A DNA stretch of 64,000 bases from Thermodesulfobacteriota bacterium (GTDB lineage: Bacteria > Desulfobacterota > Desulfobulbia > Desulfobulbales > SURF-16), in contig JBFMAY010000019.1 of the NCBI GenBank assembly GCA_040755455.1, forward strand, positions 1 to 64,000, written 5' to 3'. Below, in pieces: positions 48,439 to 60,797 of this stretch. The translations under genes were made by a program, and so were the position numbers. Below the pieces are notes generated by a model. The model ran no database searches. It was not told the DNA's origin and saw only the letters and a program-made list of their open reading frames with translations. Numbering within the stretch: position 1 is the stretch's first letter; each line of letters begins with the position of its first letter.

Positions 48439-48739
48439 CCGGCGAGACTTTCATGCTTCGCTGTTCCCACTTGCGGAGATGGCGGTTAGTTGAGTTATAA
48501 ATTCAAAAAAACTAAAAAATCAACCACAGAAAACATCGAGCCGCAGTGCTGATTATTGTTAATTGGATGTGGTGTTTTTTTGTGTGCTCCGCGCTCTCTG
48601 GGGAAAAAACACGAGCCAATCTCTTCTCCACCAGTTCCACCAGACGGTTCATGGCCCTGCCCTCCTCGGTGCGGTTAGCGGCCTTGCGCAATGTTCCGTG
48701 GTGATCGGTTGTTTTTTTTGGGGTTTGGGATTAAGATAA

Positions 48740-50335
<1,596 letters not shown>

Positions 50336-50381
50336 CGGCAACTGCCGGTAACCGGGACATATTTCCCTGCCGCCAATAAAA

Positions 50382-50405
50382 AAGGTGGGCCGCAAGGCCC
50401 ACCTT
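50382..50405. terminator. Terminator hairpin between convergent genes
   Basis: AAGGTGGGCC-GCAA-GGCCCACCTT preceded by an A-run. Confidence 0.7.
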
Positions 50406-50436
50406 GATCAGCATTGCGAATCTCCTATGCTGGTTG

Positions 50437-50994
50437 TCAGTTTTCCATCCACTTCTCGAGCTTGGTGATTTCCGCCGGGGTCAACACGATGCGCAGAGGT
50501 CCACGCTCGCCTTCCAGCAGGGCCATGGATTTCTCGAACAGGGTATGCGTGTTGCCGAAGGTGTGGGCGAAACTGCCGACCTCGACATCGGAGTAAGCCA
50601 CGGCAGCCTTGAAATCAACGGCAGCGTCCTCCTCGCAGCCAAGCTCGCTTTTCGCCAGCCCTCTGGCCAGAAAGGCCGTGCCCCGTTCCTGGTTCAGCGC
50701 AATGGCATGATCCAGATCCTCCAGGGCATGCTCATAGTCCCTCTTGTCAATCAAGGCGATCCCCCGGTAATAATAGCCCCGTTCATTATCGGGATCCAGG
50801 GCAATGACGGCGCTGAAATCATCGATGGCCCTGTCATAGTCTGCGCTTTTCAGAAAAGCCACGCCGCGGCTCAAGTAGGTCCGCACCGGGTCATATCCTT
50901 CATCGTGGGCCCGGGTGAACATGTCTATACTTTCCTGTAGATGTCCGTCAACGAAGAAATTCTGCGCCTCGCGGAACAATTCTAATGTCTTCAT
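50437..50994 (-). CDS. Tetratricopeptide-repeat protein
   Basis: YLSRGVAFL..DYDRAIDDFSAVIALDP and YYYRG repeats; SD GGAGG before ATG 50994. Confidence 0.88.
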   Translation of the reverse strand: MKTLELFREAQNFFVDGHLQESIDMFTRAHDEGYDPVRTYLSRGVAFLKSADYDRAIDDFSAVIALDPDNERGYYYRGIALIDKRDYEHALEDLDHAIALNQERGTAFLARGLAKSELGCEEDAAVDFKAAVAYSDVEVGSFAHTFGNTHTLFEKSMALLEGERGPLRIVLTPAEITKLEKWMEN

Positions 50995-51204
50995 ATAACA
51001 CCTCCCTCCTTCTGTACTGTGAAGGAATCGGTAACTGATCATTTGCAAATGGCAAAGCATTCTGTTTGCTTATTAAAAAGATAATCATTATCAGCAAGAA
51101 AACCAATCCTCATGTCCTTCTGAAACAATTGCATAGCGGATTGTGATAAACAGGAAGAAATGTTAAGGCGGGAAGTACCCCTGAGGCGAAAGGACGGCTG
51201 ACAA

Positions 51205-52983
51205 TCAAGGAAGGGGCAGCGTCATGCCCTGGTTGCTGATGCCCTTTTTCAGGATCTCACGGTTGTAGACGGCAATCAGGTCACGTCTCTTCAGCATGCC
51301 CACAACCCAGCGCGCTTTCTCGGTTTCCACCACAGGGATCTCTTCGATTCCTTTCTTATTCAAAAGCGCCATGGCGGTGTAAAGATCGTCGTCAGGGGTA
51401 AGGGTGATCACATTACGGGCGCAGATATTGCCGACACTGGCGCTGAGCCGCAACTTCTCGTCATGAAGGATAGTCTTCACATCCTGCATGGAGATAATGC
51501 CGACCATCTGTCCGGCATTCGGACCAGAGTCAGCCAGCACCGGGAAATAAAAGCCGCCTTCCGCCATGCTGAAAATTTTCAGCAGATGGTTGACATTGGC
51601 CGATTCGCTGACGAACCCCACATCCTCGGTCATGGCCACGCCGACCTTGATGGACTTCAGGACGGCGGTTTCGCGTCCATCATGGATATCAATTCCCTCC
51701 CGGGTGAAATCAACCGTATCAATGGAATCAGGAAAAAGTTTTTTTGCGACAACCGTGCCGATGACGCTGGCAAGCATGATCGGGATGATAATCAGATAAT
51801 TGCCCGTCATCTCAAAGAGCAGGAAGATGGCGGTCAGCGGGGCATGGGTCGCCGCGGCCAGAAATGAACCGATGCCCACCGCGGCATAGGCTCCGCTTGC
51901 CGCGATGGTTCCCGCCGGCAGCAGATAGTTGGCCGCGCCGCCGAAGGTGCCGCCCAGCACCGCCCCGATAAACAGGGAGGGGGCAAACACTCCCCCTGCC
52001 CCGCCGGAACCGAGGGTAACGGCCGTGGCAAAAATCTTGAGAAAAACCAGCAGCAGCATGACCCAGACAACTCCGTGGCCGTGCAGCACCTCGCCGATGT
52101 AATCATAGCCGTTGCCCATGACCTGGGGCATGACGATACCGATGGAACCGACGATGAAGGCACCGACGATCGGTTTGACACAGATATTGGTGGGAACGGC
52201 GGCAAACCGGTCCCTGACCCAGTAGAATATCCGGATATGCAGTACCGCCACGATGCCCACCACAACGCCCATCAGGATATAGAGGGGGATTTCCACCGGG
52301 GCATTGACAAGCTGATAATCCGGCACGGGAAATGCCGGAGTTTCGCCATAAGTGGCCCGGGAGACGACAGTGGCCATGGCCGAGGAGATAACCAGGGCGG
52401 AAAATGAGGACATTTCGTAGGTGCCGAGCAGGACAATTTCCGATGCAAAAAAAACTCCGGCAATGGGGGCGTTGAACATGGCGGCAACACCACCAGCGCA
52501 ACCCGCGGCAATGTAAACCTTCATGCGATCGCCGGACACCCTGAAGAACTGACCGACCTGGGAGCCGATGGCGCCGCCTACCTGGGCGATGGGACCCTCC
52601 ACCCCGGCTGAGCCGCCGGTGCCGATGGTGAGAGAGGTGGAAAGGGTCTTGAGCAGGATGGTGCGAAATTTGATTATTCCTCCTTCCAGGTTCACCTTGC
52701 GCAGGAAGTTGGTAAAGCCGTAGCCATTCACCTCGCCGGGGTAAAAATAGGACAGGGGGATGAGCAGCACCATGCCGGACATGGGCAGCAGAGGAAGCAG
52801 CAGCAGACGCAGCCCGCCATCCCCGATGAGCAGTTCATGCCCGGCCTGGAAGATATAATGGTGGACGAGTTCCTCGGTAGACCTGAAAAGTATATTGGCA
52901 AACCCCGCCGCAAGTCCGATGGCAGAGGCAATAATGAGCAACAGGGCGTTTTCGCCCGGAAATAATCTTTTTATACGCTCCAT
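51205..52983 (-). CDS. ClC-family chloride channel/antiporter with a CBS pair
   Basis: GYGF (GSGIP position), GSAGVEGP, FNAPIAG and GGVFAPSL motifs; C-terminal CBS domains. Confidence 0.93.
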   Translation of the reverse strand: MERIKRLFPGENALLLIIASAIGLAAGFANILFRSTEELVHHYIFQAGHELLIGDGGLRLLLLPLLPMSGMVLLIPLSYFYPGEVNGYGFTNFLRKVNLEGGIIKFRTILLKTLSTSLTIGTGGSAGVEGPIAQVGGAIGSQVGQFFRVSGDRMKVYIAAGCAGGVAAMFNAPIAGVFFASEIVLLGTYEMSSFSALVISSAMATVVSRATYGETPAFPVPDYQLVNAPVEIPLYILMGVVVGIVAVLHIRIFYWVRDRFAAVPTNICVKPIVGAFIVGSIGIVMPQVMGNGYDYIGEVLHGHGVVWVMLLLVFLKIFATAVTLGSGGAGGVFAPSLFIGAVLGGTFGGAANYLLPAGTIAASGAYAAVGIGSFLAAATHAPLTAIFLLFEMTGNYLIIIPIMLASVIGTVVAKKLFPDSIDTVDFTREGIDIHDGRETAVLKSIKVGVAMTEDVGFVSESANVNHLLKIFSMAEGGFYFPVLADSGPNAGQMVGIISMQDVKTILHDEKLRLSASVGNICARNVITLTPDDDLYTAMALLNKKGIEEIPVVETEKARWVVGMLKRRDLIAVYNREILKKGISNQGMTLPLP

Positions 52984-54137
52984 TACTGTTTTCGCGGGAT
53001 GGCGCAGCCTAACAAATTCGCCTGTTTCAAAAAATAATCATCCGTCATGCCTGCCAGAAAATCGCAGACTATGACGGCCGGAGGGGTCTCGCCCGCATAA
53101 CCGGGATCCATCTTATTGATAAATTCGGAGAAAAAGGTACCCTTGTCCTTATGTGAATTCATTTCATCCAGGTAGGCGAGGAAAAGGCGACGGTAACATA
53201 TTTTTATTTTTTGCACGTCCTTTTTTATGACAGGATTCAAATAAATCCGCTCATAATTGAATTTTTTCAAAGCACGCAAGGCCTCGGAAATTTCCGGACT
53301 GAAGGCAATCGCATCCTGCTCGCTGTTTTTCAACAGATCGGTGACCAGGTTATGGACAATGGTGCCGTTGCTCTCACCCAGGGCAGCCCTGCAGTCCGCC
53401 GGGATATCGCTGCGCCTGATCAGGCCCAGTTCAATGGCGTCTTCAATGTCACGGCCGATATAACTGACGGTGTCGGCAAAACGGACAACGCAGCCTTCCA
53501 GGGTCATGGGCGCCAGAGCGGCGGCTGGGTTTTCCGCCTTACGGCGCATTTTGCCGTCAAAATCGGCAAAGGAAACATTGCGCTCAGGCCTCAGGCTGCG
53601 GTCATGCACCTCCCCGTCATGGCAGAGAATGCCGTCAAGGGTCTGCAGGGTAAGATTGACCCCCTTGCCTTTTTTCTCGATATGCTCCAGAAAACGGACA
53701 CTCTGCAGATTATGCTGGAATGAGGGCAGTCCATGCTCCCGGCATAAGCCGTCAAGGATTTTTTCGCCGTCATGGCCGAACGGCGGATGCCCGATGTCAT
53801 GGCCCAGGGCGATGGACTCGATGAGATCCTCGTTCAACGCGAGCACCCGGCCGATGGTTCTGGCAATTTTCGAAACCAGCTGCACATGGAGAACCCGGTG
53901 GGTGATATGGTCATTCCTGACCATGTAGAAGACCTGGGTTTTATCGATATATCTGGTATAGGCCCGGGAATGGAGAATACGGTCCGTGTCCACGGCAAAG
54001 GCCGGGCGGTGCCCCTCAAGATGTTCCGGACGGCGGCGGAGGGCTTCCCTGCTTTTTGCCGCATGCGGCCCGAGGAACTGCTCCTCCCTGGCCGCCAGTC
54101 TTTTTTTAATTTCTATGAGATACGGGTCCTGTTTCAT
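52983..54137 (-). CDS. dGTP triphosphohydrolase-like HD-domain protein
   Basis: DRILHS, KTQVF, HRVLH, GHDIGHPPFGHDGE and DFLAGMTD motifs. Confidence 0.9.
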   Translation of the reverse strand: MKQDPYLIEIKKRLAAREEQFLGPHAAKSREALRRRPEHLEGHRPAFAVDTDRILHSRAYTRYIDKTQVFYMVRNDHITHRVLHVQLVSKIARTIGRVLALNEDLIESIALGHDIGHPPFGHDGEKILDGLCREHGLPSFQHNLQSVRFLEHIEKKGKGVNLTLQTLDGILCHDGEVHDRSLRPERNVSFADFDGKMRRKAENPAAALAPMTLEGCVVRFADTVSYIGRDIEDAIELGLIRRSDIPADCRAALGESNGTIVHNLVTDLLKNSEQDAIAFSPEISEALRALKKFNYERIYLNPVIKKDVQKIKICYRRLFLAYLDEMNSHKDKGTFFSEFINKMDPGYAGETPPAVIVCDFLAGMTDDYFLKQANLLGCAIPRKQ

Positions 54138-54383
54138 TTATCCATACACAGCAGCTTACAGCCTTCCTGTTCTTGGGGCATACCGCGAGCGCAACACATT
54201 TCTTCTTATCCTTTTTTACTCAGCAGTCAACCGATAATCGGCCAAAAAAAATCACGGGACCATGCCCCTGATGACGATTTTCACAAAAAAATACTGACCA
54301 TCCAGTTAAAAATATTGTAAAATTCTAACGAATTCATTCAACTGCATATTACAGGAAAAATTTTCACATCACGGAGAACTGTT

Positions 54384-55667
54384 ATGACTGTCAGCGCAGC
54401 AGAGTTTAACAAGGCACTTGCCATCGGCCGTCCGCCGAATATCGTCAAGCTTTTCCCTCATTCACGCGCTCTTCTCGTCAGCGGCAAGGTGATTGATCAT
54501 GCCCTGGCGCAGAAGGGAAAGGCCATGACCATGGCTGCCAACGGCCGCAATTATTTTATCATCCGCGGCGCCCTGATGGCCGCCCAAAAAGCCAATGCCG
54601 CCATCATCATTGAGATTGCCCGCTCAGAGGGCGGGGCCAAGGCGTATTGCCCGACCAACTACTGGAACATGGCCCGCCAGGTCGATCAGGTGTGCAACGA
54701 ACTGAACATCACCATTCCGGTGGCCATTCACGCCGACCATTACGGCATCAAGAGCGAAAAAGACCTCCCCTTTGCCAGGGTGGAGATCCCCACCATCTTT
54801 GAGGCCGGCATCACCTCCATAGCCATTGACGCCTCGCACATGCCGGACGACAAAAACCTGCTGGCCAATCTGGAACTCAATCAATTCATTCCCCCCTGGG
54901 CCGGTCTGGAGACCGAGGTGGGCGAAATCAAAGGCAGCCAGGGGCTCTCCTCCCCGGCCGAGGCCCTTTTTCTCATCCAGGGACTCAATGCCCACAATAT
55001 CTTTCCCAACTGGATCGCCTTGAACAACGGCACCACCCATGGCCTTGAGGCGAGCAGCCAAGGCATCCAGGTGGACCTCACCGCGACAATCCACCAGGCC
55101 CTGTCTCCCTACAAGACCTCCGGCGCCCAGCACGGCACGTCCGGCAACAGCTCGGACCGCCTGCGGGAAATCGCCCAGAAAACCCGCACCACCAAAGCAA
55201 ATGTCGCCACCGCCCTGCAGATGATATCATGGGGTGTTGAGGTCAACGACTATGGCAATGCCATCCTGGATAGTGACGGCAACCTGATCAAGGTCAAAAA
55301 TGAAGGGGTCACTGAAGAAATGTGGCAGTCCATGGTGGACTATGCCAAGGAAAAAGGCTGGAAGGCCGGAGGCTACAAAAGCCTCAATCTGCCCTTTGAC
55401 AACAGACTGCTCGGCCAGCCGGCCGCCATCCGTGAACGGATGTGCAAACGAGTGGAGGACTTTGTCTACAACATGCTGGTCAATGTCTTTAACGCTGAAA
55501 ATACGGCGGAGCTGGCCACCCAGGCCATCCTGCAGAAAGGCTCTTTTGATCTGGGAGCAAAGGCCCAGCGCATTGAAGACCCCGCCGACTGGACCCCTGA
55601 AAAAATTATGGCCAGGGCCGCCGCCCTTGCTACCGATAAAGGCCCTGCGGGGAATTTTGAAGATTAA
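54384..55667 (+). CDS. fba: Class II fructose-bisphosphate aldolase
   Basis: IHADH, IAIDASH, ETEVGEI, NGTTHG, AQHGTSG and KANVAT motifs. Confidence 0.9.
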   Translation: MTVSAAEFNKALAIGRPPNIVKLFPHSRALLVSGKVIDHALAQKGKAMTMAANGRNYFIIRGALMAAQKANAAIIIEIARSEGGAKAYCPTNYWNMARQVDQVCNELNITIPVAIHADHYGIKSEKDLPFARVEIPTIFEAGITSIAIDASHMPDDKNLLANLELNQFIPPWAGLETEVGEIKGSQGLSSPAEALFLIQGLNAHNIFPNWIALNNGTTHGLEASSQGIQVDLTATIHQALSPYKTSGAQHGTSGNSSDRLREIAQKTRTTKANVATALQMISWGVEVNDYGNAILDSDGNLIKVKNEGVTEEMWQSMVDYAKEKGWKAGGYKSLNLPFDNRLLGQPAAIRERMCKRVEDFVYNMLVNVFNAENTAELATQAILQKGSFDLGAKAQRIEDPADWTPEKIMARAAALATDKGPAGNFED

Positions 55668-55768
55668 CCGCTTATCCGCAAAATGAAGAAAGGGGAACAG
55701 GCAGGCTGCATGCCCCTGTCCCCCTTTTTTTTATTCGCACAAATGTTTCCCGCGCCGGGAACCGCTCA

Positions 55769-55999
55769 TCACGCCTTTTTCAGGGCATTACCGATATCCT
55801 TCACCTTATCAACCTCTTCTTTGAAAGCAGTCACCTCTTTTACTCCAGGTACACTTTCCTCCGTCTCCTTCAGTCCTTTCTTAAAGGAAGAGATTCCCTT
55901 GCCGAGTCCGGCGCCGATCTCCGGCAGCTTCTTGCCGCCGAAAACGAGAAAGGCTATCCCCAAAATAATGATAAGTTCCGGCGTTCCCAGTCCAAACAT
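55769..55999 (-). CDS. tatA: Twin-arginine translocase TatA/TatE subunit
   Basis: MFGLGTPELIIIL...FGGKKLPEIGAGLGKGISSFKK. Confidence 0.93.
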   Translation of the reverse strand: MFGLGTPELIIILGIAFLVFGGKKLPEIGAGLGKGISSFKKGLKETEESVPGVKEVTAFKEEVDKVKDIGNALKKA

Positions 56000-56079
56000 T
56001 GCTAACCTCCTTGCAGACTATTATGAAAATCAACCTCCCCAGGCGCTAATACCCAGGAGAAGATGATCCAAATCGTAAA

Positions 56080-56268
56080 TCAACTTTCCTTATTATCCTT
56101 CCCGGCCTCGTCTATCTTTTTCTTGTCATCTTCATCTCGTGTGGCGTTCTTAAAGTTCTTGATGCCCTTACCGATGCCCGAGCCAATCTCCGGCAGTTTA
56201 CCTGCCCCGAAAATGATTACGATGATCACCAGAATAATAATAAGTTCCGGCATGCCGAGTCCAAACAT
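56080..56268 (-). CDS. tatA: Twin-arginine translocase TatA/TatE subunit
   Basis: [13 protein letters not shown]...[21 protein letters not shown]. Confidence 0.93.
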   Translation of the reverse strand: MFGLGMPELIIILVIIVIIFGAGKLPEIGSGIGKGIKNFKNATRDEDDKKKIDEAGKDNKES

Positions 56269-56352
56269 AATGAACCTCTCCTGTTAATTGCTAGTCCAAT
56301 ATACCATAAACTCAACTCATAACGCAAAGCATCTCAGACAGCAAAGAAAAAA

Positions 56353-57696
56353 TCAACGTTTCCCAGTCAAGGCACGGGCCATTTCATTGACCTGAGCCAT
56401 GATTTCCTTTTCATCAAGTTCGGTCAGCTGCCTGTGCCGCATGACGATTTTCCCGTTAATCAGCGAATGGGCGACATCACTGCCCTTGGCCGCGTAAACC
56501 AGATGGGAGGCAATATTGTACATGGGGGTCAGATGGGGCTGGTCAAGATCAAGGACAATCATGTCCGCCTTCTTGCCCGGCTCAAGACTGCCGATATCCT
56601 GCGGCGCGCCAAGCACCCCCGCTCCGCCCATGGTGGCCATATGCAGGGTTTGCCGGGCGGTCATCACCGTGGGGTCAAGCCGGTGCACCTTATGCAGCTT
56701 GGCCGCCATATCCATTTCGGCAAAGAGGTCAACATTATTGTTGCTGGCACTGCCGTCCGTACCAAGCCCCACGGTCACGCCCGCCGCCAGCAGCTCCGGC
56801 ACCGGTGCAACCCCTGAGGCAAGTTTCATGTTGCTTTCCGGACAGTGCGCCACCTTCACCTGCCGCTGGCCCAGCAGGGCGATCTCCTCGGCCGACAGCA
56901 TGACGCAATGATCGGCGATGACGCGCTGATCGAGCAACCCCAGGGCCTCCAGATGGTTTACCGGCGTTTTGCCGTAGCGTTTCCGCACCGTTTGCACCTC
57001 GTCTTCATTTTCCGAGAGATGAATGACGTAGGGGCAGTCATGGGCCACCGCCTTTTCCTTAAGCGCCACCAACAGGTCAGGTGAACAGGTATATACGGAG
57101 TGCGGATCCATGGTGATACTGATCAGGGGATGATCCTTGTAGCGGTTCGCCATGGCCTCCACATAGGCAAAGCCTGCGGCAAGCTCGCCGTAATTCGGCG
57201 AGGGAAAATCATAGAGCACCTCGCCGACCCAGGCCCGCATACCGCTCCTGGCTGCGGCCCGGGCCACATCCTCGGCAAAAAGATACATGTCACAGAAACT
57301 GGTGGTCCCTGACTTGATCATCTCCACCATGGACAACAGCGAGGCGTGATAGACCATCTCCCCCGTCAATCTCCCCTCCACCGGGAAGATATGCTCCTGC
57401 AGCCATGCCATGAGGGGCAGGTCATCGGCAAGTCCGCGCATGCATGACATGGCGGCGTGGGTGTGCACATTGACCAGCCCCGGCATGATCAGGGCCTTGG
57501 GCAGGGCAAGGGTCTCGGCCGCCCGATACTGCTGCCGCAGCTCCTGGGCCGTCCCCACGGCAGCGATTGTCGTCCCGCGAACCGCCACCGCCCCATCGTT
57601 GATAACGGTATTGTTCGCGTCCATGGTCACCACGGTGCCAAGCAGCAGAATGTCACATTGCAGATGGTTTTCCTGAGTCATCACCCTGTTATCCAC
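56353..57696 (-). CDS. mtaD: Amidohydrolase, 5-methylthioadenosine/S-adenosylhomocysteine deaminase-like
   Basis: PGLVNVHTH, IHLSE, HCPESNMKLASG and GTDGSASNN motifs; next to a nucleoside phosphorylase. Confidence 0.8.
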   Translation of the reverse strand: MDNRVMTQENHLQCDILLLGTVVTMDANNTVINDGAVAVRGTTIAAVGTAQELRQQYRAAETLALPKALIMPGLVNVHTHAAMSCMRGLADDLPLMAWLQEHIFPVEGRLTGEMVYHASLLSMVEMIKSGTTSFCDMYLFAEDVARAAARSGMRAWVGEVLYDFPSPNYGELAAGFAYVEAMANRYKDHPLISITMDPHSVYTCSPDLLVALKEKAVAHDCPYVIHLSENEDEVQTVRKRYGKTPVNHLEALGLLDQRVIADHCVMLSAEEIALLGQRQVKVAHCPESNMKLASGVAPVPELLAAGVTVGLGTDGSASNNNVDLFAEMDMAAKLHKVHRLDPTVMTARQTLHMATMGGAGVLGAPQDIGSLEPGKKADMIVLDLDQPHLTPMYNIASHLVYAAKGSDVAHSLINGKIVMRHRQLTELDEKEIMAQVNEMARALTGKR

Positions 57697-57781
57697 TGTA
57701 AAACTTCCTCACCCGCCGGACCTGCCCCAGTATGCCGGGATGGCCGCCCATGATCACGGCCGGGCATAAGCGGCCGGCCAA

Positions 57782-58654
57782 TTATTTTTTATCAGCAATT
57801 GCTCTGCCGCCACCCTGGCCAAGCCCCTGCAGTACAGCCGCCACCAACTGGACAAAATCCCCTTCCGCCTTGCCGGCCTGTTCCAGAATTTCCTCGATGC
57901 GGATGGGTTGAAAATTATCCGGATCGTTGACGTTGGCCACCAGGGAGATGCCGAGCACCTTCAACCCCGCATGCACCGCCACAATCACCTCCGGGACAGT
58001 GGACATGCCCACCGCATCAGCGCCGCACATACGGAGAAACCTGGTCTCGGCAGGGGTCTCCAGGCTCGGTCCGGCAATAGCGACATAGATGCCGGCCACC
58101 ACATTGGCGATGTTATGTCTCCGGGCGCAGTCAATGGTCAGATCGATCAGATCCGGATCATAAATCTGCGAGCAGTCCGGAAACCTCGGCCCCCATTCAT
58201 CCACGTTCGGACCACGCAAGGGGTTATCCGGGATGAAATTGAGATGATCGCTGATGATCATCAGCGTGCCCGGGGCATAGCCTGGATTAAGACCGCCCGC
58301 AGCATTGGAAACCAATAATATCTCCGCCCCCAGCAGGGTGAGCGCCCGGACCGGCAAGGTCAACTCCCGGGTGGAATAGCCTTCGTAATAGTGAAATCGC
58401 CCCTGCAGTGCGGCAACCCGTTTGCCGCCCAGCACGCCGAAGATCAGGTTGCCGGCATGGCTGGTCACCGTTGATCTGGGAAAATTCGGAATGGTTTCAT
58501 AGGGCAGACAGCGGGCATTTTCTATTTTTGCGGCAATACCGCCCAGCCCCGTGCCGAGCACCAGGATGACCTCAGGTTTTTCGCCGCACCTCTCCCGCAA
58601 AAAGGAGACCGTCGCCTCCACCTGCTGTTTGAAATCCTCCGGCGATTGTTTCAC
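57782..58654 (-). CDS. Purine nucleoside phosphorylase (trimeric, PunA/XapA type)
   Basis: VLGTGLG, GRFHYYEG, NAAGGLN, GPSLETPAE and GMSTVPE motifs. Confidence 0.92.
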   Translation of the reverse strand: MKQSPEDFKQQVEATVSFLRERCGEKPEVILVLGTGLGGIAAKIENARCLPYETIPNFPRSTVTSHAGNLIFGVLGGKRVAALQGRFHYYEGYSTRELTLPVRALTLLGAEILLVSNAAGGLNPGYAPGTLMIISDHLNFIPDNPLRGPNVDEWGPRFPDCSQIYDPDLIDLTIDCARRHNIANVVAGIYVAIAGPSLETPAETRFLRMCGADAVGMSTVPEVIVAVHAGLKVLGISLVANVNDPDNFQPIRIEEILEQAGKAEGDFVQLVAAVLQGLGQGGGRAIADKK

Positions 58655-58658
58655 TTTT

Positions 58659-59225
58659 CTACCTTACGATCCTGGTGAATTTCGAACCCTCAAGGGTCAA
58701 ATTATACATCAGCCCCTTGTTGCTGAAGACAAAACCGACAATGGGATCTGTGATATCAATGGTGTTGATGTCTTCTCCCACACCCCATTTCAGCAGCGCC
58801 ACCGATCCGTCAACCCCTGCTTTCCAGCCATCGCTCTTCCTGAAGTCCTGCAGAGCCTTTCCGGTTAAAAAAACCACCACAACGGATTTGGACTGCGCCC
58901 CCAACTGAAAACCGATGGAGGCGGCAGCGGTATTGTAATACTCCACCGTTTTGCCGCCTATGCGCAGTGCCCCTTCTCCATACTCGCCGCCAACAAAGAG
59001 CCCTGCCTTGATGACGCTTGGAAAAACCAGCACTCCCGCGGCCTTTTGCAAGAATTCATCGCCGCCGGTTATCTCTTCCGTAAAACGCTTCAGTGTACCG
59101 TTAACGCCGATATTGATCTCCTCGGCGGAGGCGGCGTGCGCCATGCAGGGACCCCAAACAACAACGGGAAATACCAGAAAAAACAGCATGATGACGGCGG
59201 GAAGCCATTTTTGCATGATTTTCAT
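58659..59225 (-). CDS. Secreted Ysc84/SYLF-like lipid-binding protein
   Basis: Signal peptide; GVLVFP..KAG..VGGEYGEG, SIGFQLG and GLMYNLTLEGSK motifs. Confidence 0.85.
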   Translation of the reverse strand: MKIMQKWLPAVIMLFFLVFPVVVWGPCMAHAASAEEINIGVNGTLKRFTEEITGGDEFLQKAAGVLVFPSVIKAGLFVGGEYGEGALRIGGKTVEYYNTAAASIGFQLGAQSKSVVVVFLTGKALQDFRKSDGWKAGVDGSVALLKWGVGEDINTIDITDPIVGFVFSNKGLMYNLTLEGSKFTRIVR

Positions 59226-59250
59226 ACGTTCTTCTCCTTCTGCTTAGTAA

Positions 59251-60357
59251 TTAACCCTGCGCAGCCTCTTGCAGAGGAACAGCAGGGCCAGCCCCGCAAA
59301 GCGGCAGAGAAACGGTAAAAATCGTTCCCTCATCAGGCCTGCTGACAAACGCGATGCTTCCTCCATGTTTTTTTTCCACAACCTCTTTACAGGAAAGAAG
59401 CCCCAGCCCGTTACCCGTTGCCTTGGTGGTAAAATGGGCATCAAATACCTTATCCGCCACTGTTGCCGCAATCCCCTCACCGTGATCTTTCACCTCGATG
59501 ACAACATGGTCTTCAGCGACATGGGCCGCAAGCTCGATTTCAGCGCCGAAGCTGCTTGCCTGGGCGGCATTGATGAGCAGATTCAACAACACCAGCCGGA
59601 TCTGCAGTTTTGAAAAGCAGAATTCAGGCAGATCGCCTGCCAGCCTGACAATGATGCACTTATCCTGCAGATCTGGGTGAGTGACAAAATCAGATTCCCG
59701 CATTTCATCGATCAACTCCGGCAGGGAGTTGAGCACGAAACCTTCCGGGACAACAAGCTTTTTCACATTGGCCAGGGCCTGCTCCACCAGGGCGGCGATA
59801 TGGTTGCGGGCCATCTTCATGTAGCGAACATATTTTTCCTGGCTTGATCCCTTTTCAACCGGGAAATTATCGAGAAACAGAAAAAGGGAGAGAAGATTTT
59901 TCATATCATGCACCAGGATATTGATCTGCTCAAACTCGTGGGCAATAACCTCATTGTCCTGCCTGAGACGGCAACTGAGAATCTTCATGATGGACAGCAG
60001 GGCCTGCGGGTTGTTCAACAGGAATCCCTGGAAAAGCGGCCCCGGAATCCTGAGCAGCAGACTTGGCGCACTGGCCTTCACCGTGGCGGAACGGGGTTTA
60101 TCCTCGATGATGGCCATTTCGCCCACATAATCTATCGGGGTGATTTCAGACAGAATTCTTTTGCCCTTATAAACCTCAAGCTTGCCCTGCAGCAGCACGA
60201 AAAAATCCTCTCCCTCCGTTCCCTCGCCAAGCAGAATATCGCCCGGCCGACAATGAACCTCTTCCGTGTGGAAGGCAAAAAACTCAAGATCAGCTCTGGT
60301 AAACGAGGAAAAAAGATCAACCCCCTGCAGCACCCTGATGCGGTCTTCTCCCTTCAT
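59251..60357 (-). CDS. Cyclic-nucleotide-binding domain histidine kinase
   Basis: cNMP domain GEMAII..PRSATV; H-box VHDMKN; NLLINA, DHGEG and FTTK..GNGLGL motifs. Confidence 0.9.
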   Translation of the reverse strand: MKGEDRIRVLQGVDLFSSFTRADLEFFAFHTEEVHCRPGDILLGEGTEGEDFFVLLQGKLEVYKGKRILSEITPIDYVGEMAIIEDKPRSATVKASAPSLLLRIPGPLFQGFLLNNPQALLSIMKILSCRLRQDNEVIAHEFEQINILVHDMKNLLSLFLFLDNFPVEKGSSQEKYVRYMKMARNHIAALVEQALANVKKLVVPEGFVLNSLPELIDEMRESDFVTHPDLQDKCIIVRLAGDLPEFCFSKLQIRLVLLNLLINAAQASSFGAEIELAAHVAEDHVVIEVKDHGEGIAATVADKVFDAHFTTKATGNGLGLLSCKEVVEKKHGGSIAFVSRPDEGTIFTVSLPLCGAGPAVPLQEAAQG

Positions 60358-60659
60358 GGTAATACTCTACCTCATCCTTTTACAGCAGACCAGACATCCT
60401 TTGCCGCCGTTCAACCTGCAGATTGGAGCTGCGGCAAGGGTGCCGGTTGGTGCTCAAGCACAAAAAAGCATGGTTAAAGCTGACATCATTTAAACTGCAA
60501 ACCATCTTGTCACCTCCACCCAAAAGAAAAAAATGAAAATATGTACGGCTATTATACTCTTGCGACTGCAGTGAAACAAGCAGAACCGAAGCGGCGGATG
60601 AAAAGGAAAGCTGAGAAATTCGTCAGCTCAGAGCAACTGGCTGAAGAAAAAAATGAAGG

Positions 60660-60707
60660 TGGTCGGGACGAGAGGATTTGAACCTCCGACCCTAGCGTCC
60701 CGAACGC
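60660..60707 (-). other. 3' fragment of tRNA-Pro(CGG), a probable att site of an integrated element
   Basis: Reverse complement GCGTTCGGGACGCTAGGGTCGGAGGTTCAAATCCTCTCGTCCCGACCA has the anticodon loop, T arm and CCA; the D arm and 5' acceptor strand are replaced by AT-rich DNA. Confidence 0.85.
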
Positions 60708-60797
60708 GAAAAATATATTTTAACTAAATAAAATCATTAGATTATTTTGTATAAATTTTGGCTAATATTTTTTGTATTAGCCGGTTATTTTCATCAA

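Noticed and set aside
48651..48704. Attenuator leader peptide (MALPSSVRLAALRNVPW) for the second ilvC
   Set aside because: No SD, no run of Ile/Leu/Val codons and no convincing terminator/antiterminator pair
60660..60735. Complete tRNA-Pro gene
   Set aside because: The D arm and 5' acceptor strand are absent; treated as an att remnant
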